A DNA stretch of 53,238 nt from an uncultured Clostridia bacterium. Its GTDB lineage: Bacteria; Bacillota; Clostridia; TANB77; CAG-508. The position numbers and the translations under genes are program-made. The notes under the pieces are model-generated. The model was not told the DNA's origin. It searched no databases and saw only the letters and a list, made by a program, of their open reading frames with translations. The DNA is taken from contig CANQEX010000001.1 of the NCBI GenBank assembly GCA_947596225.1, positions 1-53,238 on the forward strand. The letters run 5' to 3'. Each line of letters opens with the position of its first letter. Position 1 is the stretch's first letter. Below are positions 1 through 7,018 of the stretch, piece after piece.

Positions 1-903
1 ATATATGAAACAATGAACCTTCGTATTACAGAAACTGCATTCGAGCTTCACTTAAGAAAAATATATCCAACAAGAAATATCGTATCAATGCGTGAAACTG
101 AAACAATTTCAGGTCAGGACTGTTTGGACGTTCAAAAGAAAACTGATGGTTCTGTTAATATAATTGGTGAGGTTGCAACAGACCCCGTAGCATCTTGGAT
201 GATTCAATCAGCTCAGGTTGCATCAAAATTTACTTTATTTACTCACCATGCTAAAACATTCCCAAACTTAGTAACAGCATTACGTAACTCAATGTTAAGA
301 ACAGGTGTGTTTAAAGATGAAAAAACAGCAGAAGAACAAGTTGTTCAAGTTTTAAATTTTGACATACATTTAGTAAAAGACTTTAGAGGTAGACGTTACA
401 TAGAAAGAGTAACAGAATGTATACCAGTTGAGGAAAAAAACGAATATACATTTGATCATAGAAAAGAAACAACATTAGAAGGAAAATTTGATAAATTTTT
501 CGATAATGCAACTATCTATTTTACAAAAGAAACTAATAGAGAATTATATAAATATCATAATGTATTAGAATTTGTTGATGATTCATATGTTTTAACAAAT
601 CCAATTTCTCAAGAAAATATTAGAGGAATGAGAGAAAATATGAATGATACAGATGTTGTTGCATTTGATGCATTTTTAGAGAGAAATTGGGGAATAAAAC
701 CACCAAAACTTCCTAAATATGATGAAGATGGGAATGAAATAATAGAAGAAACAAAACAAATGGATACTACAGCAGAACCTAAAACTATTTCTAGAGAGAA
801 TATGAAAAAAGTAAGTAAAGTAAATGAAATACAAGCCAAAAGAAGTAATATAGAAAAAAATAGAATTATACGTAAAAAGAAAAAATCACCAGATAAAGAA
901 TAA
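1..903 (+). CDS. Secretion-superfamily hexameric ATPase, C-terminal part (CpaF/TadA/FlaI/VirB11-like); 5' end lies outside the window
   Basis: The frame is stop-free from nt 1, so the listed ATG at 13 is internal. NIIGEV and FTLFTHHAKT resemble the (I/V)GE(I/V)R and T.HA(N/S/K) boxes of CpaF/VirB11/FlaI-type ATPases, not the LHTN box of PilB/GspE/ComGA. A Lys/Glu-rich tail of about 80 aa (ending RKKKKSPDKE) follows the core. Platform-like and pilin-like genes come next. Confidence 0.7.
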   Translation: MYETMNLRITETAFELHLRKIYPTRNIVSMRETETISGQDCLDVQKKTDGSVNIIGEVATDPVASWMIQSAQVASKFTLFTHHAKTFPNLVTALRNSMLRTGVFKDEKTAEEQVVQVLNFDIHLVKDFRGRRYIERVTECIPVEEKNEYTFDHRKETTLEGKFDKFFDNATIYFTKETNRELYKYHNVLEFVDDSYVLTNPISQENIRGMRENMNDTDVVAFDAFLERNWGIKPPKLPKYDEDGNEIIEETKQMDTTAEPKTISRENMKKVSKVNEIQAKRSNIEKNRIIRKKKKSPDKE

Positions 904-940
904 TTCGTTAAACCTTTAGAAAGAGGGGTGTAAAAAATAG

Positions 941-3019
941 ATGTCACAAAAAGTTTTACTATACTTTATGGGTGGAATATGTGCCGTATTTGCACTAATA
1001 GTTGTAGCGTATCTTATACTTAGTAAAAAAATGCAAAAAAAGGAAACTAGATATGTAAAACAATTAGTTGAAGGTACGAAAAAATCATCTTTTAGTTTAG
1101 AAGTATTTTATCAAAAATTTTACATATATTGTTCTAGAATTCCAGTTATAAAAAGATATGCTTTAAAATTAAGAAGAAGACTTGAAATTATAAATCTTGA
1201 TGATGAGTATTTAACAAGAAAACAAGTTGCTCAAATGATGTTTAAAGCATTATTAATAGTAATACCAGTAACAATAGTAATAATTATTATGACTAAATCA
1301 AATTATATGCTTATGTGCATACTATTGTTATTTGAGATATTTTTTATTGAAACTCTTGTTGAAGGTATGGTAGATGGAGTTGATAATAAACTTTTAAGAC
1401 AACAATTAGATTTTTTCGCAGAAATAAGACATGCTTATCATGAATATAACATGGTTGAGGAAGCAATATATGAAGTTTCACAAGATGATGAAAAAGAAGT
1501 TTCAAGACAAGCAGAAAAAATATATGAAGTATTAATATCAGATGATCCTGAAACAGAACTTGAAAAGTATTATGATATTGCACCTAATAGTTTTTTAAAA
1601 GAATTTGCTGGAGTTTCTTATCTAACAAAAGAATTTGGAGATAGGAAAGATAAAGATGGTGCATCTTTATATTTAAAAAATTTAAATAATATAACTCAAG
1701 AAATGCAAATTGAAATTTTAAAAAGAGATAAATTAGATTATGTATTTCATAGTTTATCAATAATATCAGTATTACCAATATTATTTATAGATGCTGTAAA
1801 AAATTGGGCTGTTGGACAATTTTCTTTTACAAGGCAATTTTATAATGGAACTTTAGGTTTTATGATCCAAGTTTTCCTTATAATAACTACTTTTATTTGT
1901 TATGTACTAACAAGAAAATTAAAAGATAATGGTAGTGTTAATACAGCTGTTAATACAGAAAATCCTTGGCAAGCAAAACTTTATAAGAAAAAAACAATTA
2001 AGAAAATTGTAGATTTATTTATACCAAAACAAGGAACTAAAGAATATAGAAAAATTGTACAATTATTAAAAGATGCTGCTTCAAAATTAAAAATGGAGTG
2101 GCTGTACATAAATAGAATAGTTATTGCTATTTCTTCTTGTGTTATATCTTTAATAATTTTGTCTGCAGCACATCAAATGGCAATAAATTATCAATTTACA
2201 GAACCAACAAGTGATTATAATTTATTAGGTTCAATGACTGAATCACAAGAAAGAAAGGCAATGCAAACAACAGAAAAAGATAATTACTTTTTAAAAAAAT
2301 ATCAATTTGATAATTCTATAACACAAGAAAAATTACTAGAGGATGTTGCTCAATCTGACCAATATTCATCTAGTTCTGAAGAAGAACTAGAAAAAATAAA
2401 TGAAAGAATATGGGGAAAACTTCAAATAGTTCAATCACAATATTTGAAATGGTTTGAGGTTTTGATAGCTTTAATTATAATGGTTATTGCATATCAAGCT
2501 CCAGTATGGTTATTAATTTTCCAAAAAATTATGAGACAAATGGATATGGAAAATGAAGTTATGCAATTTCAAACTATTATATTAATGCTTATGAAGATTG
2601 AAAGAGTAAATGTTGAAATGATTCTAGAATGGTTAGAAAGATATTCAAACATCTTTAAAGAGCCAATTAGTAAATGTGTTAATAACTATGAAAGTGGTCC
2701 ATGGGAAGCTTTAGAAGAATTAAAAAATGATATTTCATTCCAACAATTAATAAGAATAGTAGAAAGCCTTCAAGCAGCTGTTGAACAAATACCTATTAGA
2801 GAAGCTTTTGATGAATTAGACACAGAAAGAGCATATCACCAAGAAAAAAGAAAAGAATCAAATGAAAGAATGATTGCTAGAAAATCTATGATTGGAAAAG
2901 TTATTGGATTTGCACCAATGGTATTACTATTTGTTGCTTACTTAATAGTGCCATTATGCGTAATTGGTATGACAAGTATGACAGATGCATTTGATACAAT
3001 GTCAACAATGACGAAATAA
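941..3019 (+). CDS. Polytopic membrane platform protein, apparently a single-chain TadB/TadC (FlaJ-like) with GspF/T2SSF-type repeats
   Basis: 692 aa with hydrophobic segments at the N-terminus, about residues 95-150, 285-325, 395-415, 505-530 and 655-680. The C-terminal third (MQFQTIILMLMKIE..LEWLERYSN..ALEELKND..LIRIVESLQAAVE..FAPMVLLFVAYLIVP) has the helical pattern plus terminal TM of a T2SSF domain. It starts 38 nt after the ATPase gene, with RBS agagggg. Confidence 0.55.
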   Translation: MSQKVLLYFMGGICAVFALIVVAYLILSKKMQKKETRYVKQLVEGTKKSSFSLEVFYQKFYIYCSRIPVIKRYALKLRRRLEIINLDDEYLTRKQVAQMMFKALLIVIPVTIVIIIMTKSNYMLMCILLLFEIFFIETLVEGMVDGVDNKLLRQQLDFFAEIRHAYHEYNMVEEAIYEVSQDDEKEVSRQAEKIYEVLISDDPETELEKYYDIAPNSFLKEFAGVSYLTKEFGDRKDKDGASLYLKNLNNITQEMQIEILKRDKLDYVFHSLSIISVLPILFIDAVKNWAVGQFSFTRQFYNGTLGFMIQVFLIITTFICYVLTRKLKDNGSVNTAVNTENPWQAKLYKKKTIKKIVDLFIPKQGTKEYRKIVQLLKDAASKLKMEWLYINRIVIAISSCVISLIILSAAHQMAINYQFTEPTSDYNLLGSMTESQERKAMQTTEKDNYFLKKYQFDNSITQEKLLEDVAQSDQYSSSSEEELEKINERIWGKLQIVQSQYLKWFEVLIALIIMVIAYQAPVWLLIFQKIMRQMDMENEVMQFQTIILMLMKIERVNVEMILEWLERYSNIFKEPISKCVNNYESGPWEALEELKNDISFQQLIRIVESLQAAVEQIPIREAFDELDTERAYHQEKRKESNERMIARKSMIGKVIGFAPMVLLFVAYLIVPLCVIGMTSMTDAFDTMSTMTK

Positions 3020-3034
3020 TAGAAAGGAAAATAT

Positions 3035-3595
3035 ATGGAGAATGCAACAAAAGCCTTAGAAATGGCTGCTGGAGTGTTGCTAGGAGTTATTATACTGGCA
3101 GTAATTGTATATTTTTTTGGTTCAATAAGTCTTTGGCCACAAGAACAAGATGATATTCAAACAGCAGAACAATTATCTGATTTTAATTTAGAGTATGAAG
3201 TATATGATAAAAAAGCAATGTATGGTACAGATGTAATATCTTGTTTAACAAAAGCCCAAAGTAATAATGAAAAATATGTTGAAGGTGGAAGTTTTTTAAC
3301 TGGAAGTAAATATGGTGATGAATTTTGGATAAATGTTTATATACGTATTAACTCAAATTTAAAAGAAAGTATAACTGTATATAGAATAGAAAATTCTAGA
3401 CAATCACAGATTTTTTCTAATACTGATAATAAATTAGGCAATATTACTATGAAAGATATGGGATTTATAATTCCAGAGGATGGTTATACAAATTTTAAGC
3501 CAGGAGACTTTATAAGTATTTTAATAAAAAATCCAGAATCAGAATTAACAGGAACACGGTTATATAGATATTACCTCAAAATGTGGTATAGATGA
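3035..3595 (+). CDS. Pilin-like protein, paralog 1 (N-terminal part; reading frame appears broken near its 3' end)
   Basis: N-terminus MENATKALEMAAGVLLGVIILAVIVYFF is a short polar leader plus hydrophobic helix. It shares Q..(D/E)FN..YE.Y and SNNEK(Y/F) motifs with ORFs 3874, 4552 and 5068. RBS aaaggaaa. The last roughly 12 codons (LYRYYLKMWYR) look like out-of-frame read-through. Confidence 0.7.
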   Translation: MENATKALEMAAGVLLGVIILAVIVYFFGSISLWPQEQDDIQTAEQLSDFNLEYEVYDKKAMYGTDVISCLTKAQSNNEKYVEGGSFLTGSKYGDEFWINVYIRINSNLKESITVYRIENSRQSQIFSNTDNKLGNITMKDMGFIIPEDGYTNFKPGDFISILIKNPESELTGTRLYRYYLKMWYR

Positions 3596-3854
3596 TAAAT
3601 ATAATGCTCAATTATATAATCCAAGTGATCGAAATGCTGAAACTCCGTTACAAAATCTTTTAAAATTTGCGAGTACTAATGCAAAACAAGTTGTTAATAA
3701 TAGAATAAGTAGTGGTATAGGTGCAGATGTATGGAATACAGCTACTTGGCAAACTGGACTATATGATTTTAAAACAAGAAGATTTAAATGTGATTTAATA
3801 GAATATAGTAAAGAAACTGGAAGAGTTAATGCACTATATTTTTCTCAAATATAA
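3549..3854 (+). other. Stop-free frame without start codon that continues gene 3035 after an apparent +1 frameshift
   Basis: Frame 0 is open from 3549 to the stop at 3852-3854 and contains no Met, so it is absent from the ORF track. It encodes ..KFASTNAK..FKCDLIEYSKETGRVNALYF. This matches KFASDSTK..FSCEEISYYETTGRVKSMEF (ORF 3874) and FKCTDVQYHKKSGKIASMTF (ORF 4552). Confidence 0.65.
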
Positions 3855-3873
3855 AATAAAATAGGAGTAATAT

Positions 3874-4473
3874 ATGAGTAATGCGGTAAAAGCTCTACTA
3901 ATTGCAGCAACTGTTTTTTTAGGCATATTGTTATTGTCAGCTTTGGTGTATATGTTTAGGGCAGGAGCAAGTGTAAATCAGCAATATGATGAAGGTTTAT
4001 CAAATAATCAATTAGTATTATATAATTCTAAATTTGAATTATATAACAAAGAAGATAATACAATATTAGATTTAATATCTGTAATAAATTTGGCTTATGA
4101 TGTTAATATTTCTTCAAATTATGATGATGGAAATGCTGTTGAAATAAAAATAAATTTGGGAGGAGTAAATGTAGAGCTTCCTAATGAAAATAAAAAAGAA
4201 TTAAAAAGAAATGAAATTTTATTAGGAGGTGAGCCAGAAAATATATATACTATACTTGAAGAACCAATGAAAGAATTAGGTCTAAATACTGTAGATGGAA
4301 AAAGAGTTTTAGAAGCTGATAAGTTATCAACAACTAAATTTGCTAGTGATAGTACAAAAACTATATATAAATATTTGTTTAGTTGTGAAGAAATATCATA
4401 TTATGAAACAACAGGAAGAGTAAAAAGTATGGAATTTAAGATAAAATATAATACAGATTTTGACAACATATAA
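3874..4473 (+). CDS. Pilin-like protein, paralog 2
   Basis: N-terminus MSNAVKALLIAATVFLGILLLSALVYMF, RBS taggag, and the C-terminal motif F.C..I.Y..TGRV..M.F shared with paralogs 1 and 3. Confidence 0.75.
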   Translation: MSNAVKALLIAATVFLGILLLSALVYMFRAGASVNQQYDEGLSNNQLVLYNSKFELYNKEDNTILDLISVINLAYDVNISSNYDDGNAVEIKINLGGVNVELPNENKKELKRNEILLGGEPENIYTILEEPMKELGLNTVDGKRVLEADKLSTTKFASDSTKTIYKYLFSCEEISYYETTGRVKSMEFKIKYNTDFDNI

Positions 4474-4505
4474 TATAAGATTTTAATAAAAATGTATTGT
4501 AAAAT

Positions 4506-4535
4506 TTGAAAAATATTATTAAAATATGTTATAAT
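4506..4535 (+). promoter_or_regulatory. Candidate sigma-A promoter with extended -10 inside the pilin-like cluster
   Basis: TTGAAA (4506-4511), an 18-nt spacer ending in TGt, TATAAT (4530-4535). It sits 17 nt upstream of the RBS/ATG of ORF 4552. The core ATGnTATAATATAAATAG is shared with the two giant-gene promoters. Confidence 0.45.
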
Positions 4536-4551
4536 ATAAATAGGAAGGAAA

Positions 4552-4986
4552 ATGAAAAAAATTTTAATTATTATAATCTTTTTCATGATAATCATTTCAA
4601 TATTTTTTGTAGTAAATTATAAAAATTATCAACTAAAACAAAAACAAGTATCTGAGTTTAATTCAGATTATGAATATTATAAAAAGGATGATTTAAATGG
4701 ATTAGATATAACAACTTTAATAAATAAAGCTATAAGCAATAATGAAAAATTTGCAGTTCCCAAAGATGAAAATGGGCTATATATTTTAGATGATGAAAAT
4801 AGTATTGAAATATATATAACAATGATTATTAACAATACTACTTACAGAATGGAAAAAATAAATCAATTAGATATAAATGCCTTTATCAGATACTTTGGAG
4901 AGATAGGTTTTAAATGTACAGATGTACAATATCACAAGAAAAGTGGTAAAATAGCATCAATGACATTTGAAGCCAAAGAATACTAA
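4552..4986 (+). CDS. Membrane-anchored paralog 3 of the pilin-like family (ordinary MKK signal-anchor instead of the ENA.KAL leader)
   Basis: MKKILIIIIFFMIIISIFFVV, then QVSEFNSDYEYY, INKAISNNEKF and C-terminal FKCTDVQYHKKSGKIASMTFEAKEY, all shared with paralogs 1 and 2. RBS aggaagga. Confidence 0.7.
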   Translation: MKKILIIIIFFMIIISIFFVVNYKNYQLKQKQVSEFNSDYEYYKKDDLNGLDITTLINKAISNNEKFAVPKDENGLYILDDENSIEIYITMIINNTTYRMEKINQLDINAFIRYFGEIGFKCTDVQYHKKSGKIASMTFEAKEY

Positions 4987-5067
4987 AGTTTTTAACGTTT
5001 ACTAGAATAAAAAAGAAATCTAGTTAAATTTTAAAATAATATACAAATTAAAAAGGAGGAAAAAAGT

Positions 5068-5601
5068 ATGGAGAATGCTTCAAAAGCACTTTTAATTGCT
5101 GGTGCAATATTGTTATGTATTTTAATTATAGCAATAGGTATGTTTATATTTAACTCAGCAAATGATCAAATAAACGAATCAGTAACAGGAATGTCTAGAA
5201 ATCAAATAACAGCTTTCAATTCAACATTTACTAATTATGAAGGAGCTTGTTCAGGTGCACAAATAAAATCTTTAATGGGAGAATTAATTGCTAATGCTGA
5301 TACATATAGAGAGGAACCAACAAAAATACCTGGTGTAAAAGTCGATCAGTTAATTAGCGGAAATAATAATAGTGGCTTTAATACTATAGTTAGTAGTGCT
5401 GGTGATACAAGTAATTATATTAAAAATTTAGGAAACATAAGAAATCGTGCAGAAGCTAAACATGAATATTATGTTGAAATAAATTATCAAGCAAATGGTT
5501 TAATTGATTACATTAATATTTCTTTTGAGGTGGCTAAACCAATGAATGCTGATAATTTGGGAGTAAGAAATACTGCTAATAATGCTACAAAAGGTGGCTA
5601 A
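5068..5601 (+). CDS. Pilin-like protein, paralog 4; candidate major subunit
   Basis: MENASKALLIAGAILLCILIIAIGMFIF, then NQITAFNSTFTNY. It has the best Shine-Dalgarno of the cluster (aaaaggagga) and is followed by a perfect 17-bp hairpin. Confidence 0.75.
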   Translation: MENASKALLIAGAILLCILIIAIGMFIFNSANDQINESVTGMSRNQITAFNSTFTNYEGACSGAQIKSLMGELIANADTYREEPTKIPGVKVDQLISGNNNSGFNTIVSSAGDTSNYIKNLGNIRNRAEAKHEYYVEINYQANGLIDYINISFEVAKPMNADNLGVRNTANNATKGG

Positions 5602-5622
5602 TTTTATAATTATTTAAATTAT

Positions 5623-5660
5623 AATCAAAGTGATATAATATTAATTATATCACTTTGATT
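5623..5660 (+). terminator. Perfect 17-bp stem / 4-nt loop hairpin after ORF 5068 (attenuator or partial terminator)
   Basis: aatcaaagtgatataat atta attatatcactttgatt. Only a short T tract follows it (ttt g aaatattt). Confidence 0.5.
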
Positions 5661-5688
5661 TGAAATATTTATATAAAGAGGAGAGAAT

Positions 5689-6420
5689 ATGGATGATAAT
5701 GCAGTACAAGCTTTAACAATAGCTTTTTCTGTTTTTGTATTTGTAATAGCTTTATCAGTTGGAATGTTTATGCTTTCAGAAGCAAGAAGCACATCTGAGG
5801 CATTACTATTTTATGCAGATAGAACTGCATATTATGATAATGTAGAAATAAATTCTACTTCTGAAGATTTAGTAGATGATGAAGATATAAAATCAGGAAC
5901 AGCTAGAATCGTTAATACAGATACAATTATTCCAACTTTATATAGATATTACAAAGAAAATTTTTGTGTTAAAATCTATGATGCTGATAATAATTTAATA
6001 CAAGTTTTTGATGTATATGCAGATGGAATAGTACATAATTCTGCAGGAGATACAGAGGCGAGAAAACAAAATTCTCCTGCCCAAAGATCAAATTATGCAT
6101 ATCAACAAATGTATAATGATTCAACTAAACGTTATTATTTATTTGAAGCACCATGGTTAGGTAGCACAGAAAATGTAAATACAAGAATTGATTATTTTGT
6201 TAGAGGAGTAGCTGGTTATATTAATAATATATATGTAGACTATACAAATAATATTTTTTCTAGAGCAGTACAGCAAGGAATACAATTTAAAGAAAATTTT
6301 ATTAATTATTCATATACAGGGCAAACAATACAAACAGAAGATGGAGATTCTTTAGTTACAGGTGCGAGTTCAAAAGATAAAATTGTTATAATTTATAAAA
6401 TGTTAAATAATCCAAGTTAA
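5689..6420 (+). CDS. Pilin-like / minor-pilin-like protein
   Basis: MDDNAVQALTIAFSVFVFVIALSVGMFML has the same NA..(K/Q)AL leader logic. RBS agaggagag. 243 aa. Confidence 0.65.
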   Translation: MDDNAVQALTIAFSVFVFVIALSVGMFMLSEARSTSEALLFYADRTAYYDNVEINSTSEDLVDDEDIKSGTARIVNTDTIIPTLYRYYKENFCVKIYDADNNLIQVFDVYADGIVHNSAGDTEARKQNSPAQRSNYAYQQMYNDSTKRYYLFEAPWLGSTENVNTRIDYFVRGVAGYINNIYVDYTNNIFSRAVQQGIQFKENFINYSYTGQTIQTEDGDSLVTGASSKDKIVIIYKMLNNPS

Positions 6421-6472
6421 TGTTCAATTACAAAAGCTAGAAAATATAGATAAAAAGTTTAAGGAGGAAATT

Positions 6473-6997
6473 ATGAGTGATACATTAATTACAGTAATTG
6501 CAATATTATTAGCTGCAGTACTAATGTTTATTTTTCCACTATTATCTGTTTCAGAACGAAGTGACGATATATCTCAACTATCTGTTCAAACTGCTACAAT
6601 GGAATTTGTAAATAATGCAAGAACTGTAGGAAAAATTACAATGGATAGTTATACAGAATTAGTTTCAACAATTAATGCAACAGGAAATTCTTTTGATATA
6701 GAAATGGAAGTAAAAGTACTTGATGAAAATATTGGTAAAAAATCAGCTTGGACTCAAGGTACTGTAATAGGAGAAAATATCTATTATTCAGTTTATACTT
6801 CTCAAATAGTTGAAGTTTTAAAAGAAAAAGGTACATATACAATGAAAGAAGGAGATATGTTTTCTGCTAGTGTAAAAAATACAAATAAAACATTATCTCA
6901 AACAATAAGAGGAGTATTTTACTCTATTTCTGGTAATGATGCTTATACAATATTTGCACAACACTCAGGTGTTGTTACTGCAAATGGATCTTATTAA
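6473..6997 (+). CDS. Small protein with N-terminal hydrophobic helix (minor-pilin-like)
   Basis: MSDTLITVIAILLAAVLMFIFPLLSV, RBS aaggagga, 174 aa, tightly packed in the same gene string. Confidence 0.6.
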   Translation: MSDTLITVIAILLAAVLMFIFPLLSVSERSDDISQLSVQTATMEFVNNARTVGKITMDSYTELVSTINATGNSFDIEMEVKVLDENIGKKSAWTQGTVIGENIYYSVYTSQIVEVLKEKGTYTMKEGDMFSASVKNTNKTLSQTIRGVFYSISGNDAYTIFAQHSGVVTANGSY

Positions 6998-7018
6998 TAT
7001 TTTTTAAGGAAGTAATAT

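Noticed and set aside
609-947. 112-aa minus-strand ORF overlapping the 3' end of the ATPase gene. The same applies to the other short antisense ORFs in the track: 1344-1583, 1584-1778, 4401-4595, 6975-7175, 8846-9046, 8970-9152, 15929-16150, 20253-20504, 30529-30738, 33852-34112, 35326-35520, 35738-35938, 36102-36335, 37531-37836, 38475-38666, 39972-40193, 41112-41297, 42573-42803, 45586-45795, 48690-48938, 50332-50565 and 52421-52606.
   Set aside because: All lie inside, or mostly inside, long well-supported plus-strand genes. Their composition is low-complexity Leu/Phe/Ile/Ser, as expected from the complement of Lys/Glu/Asn-rich codons. They have no RBS and no recognisable motifs. In AT-rich DNA, stop-poor antisense frames of this size arise by chance.
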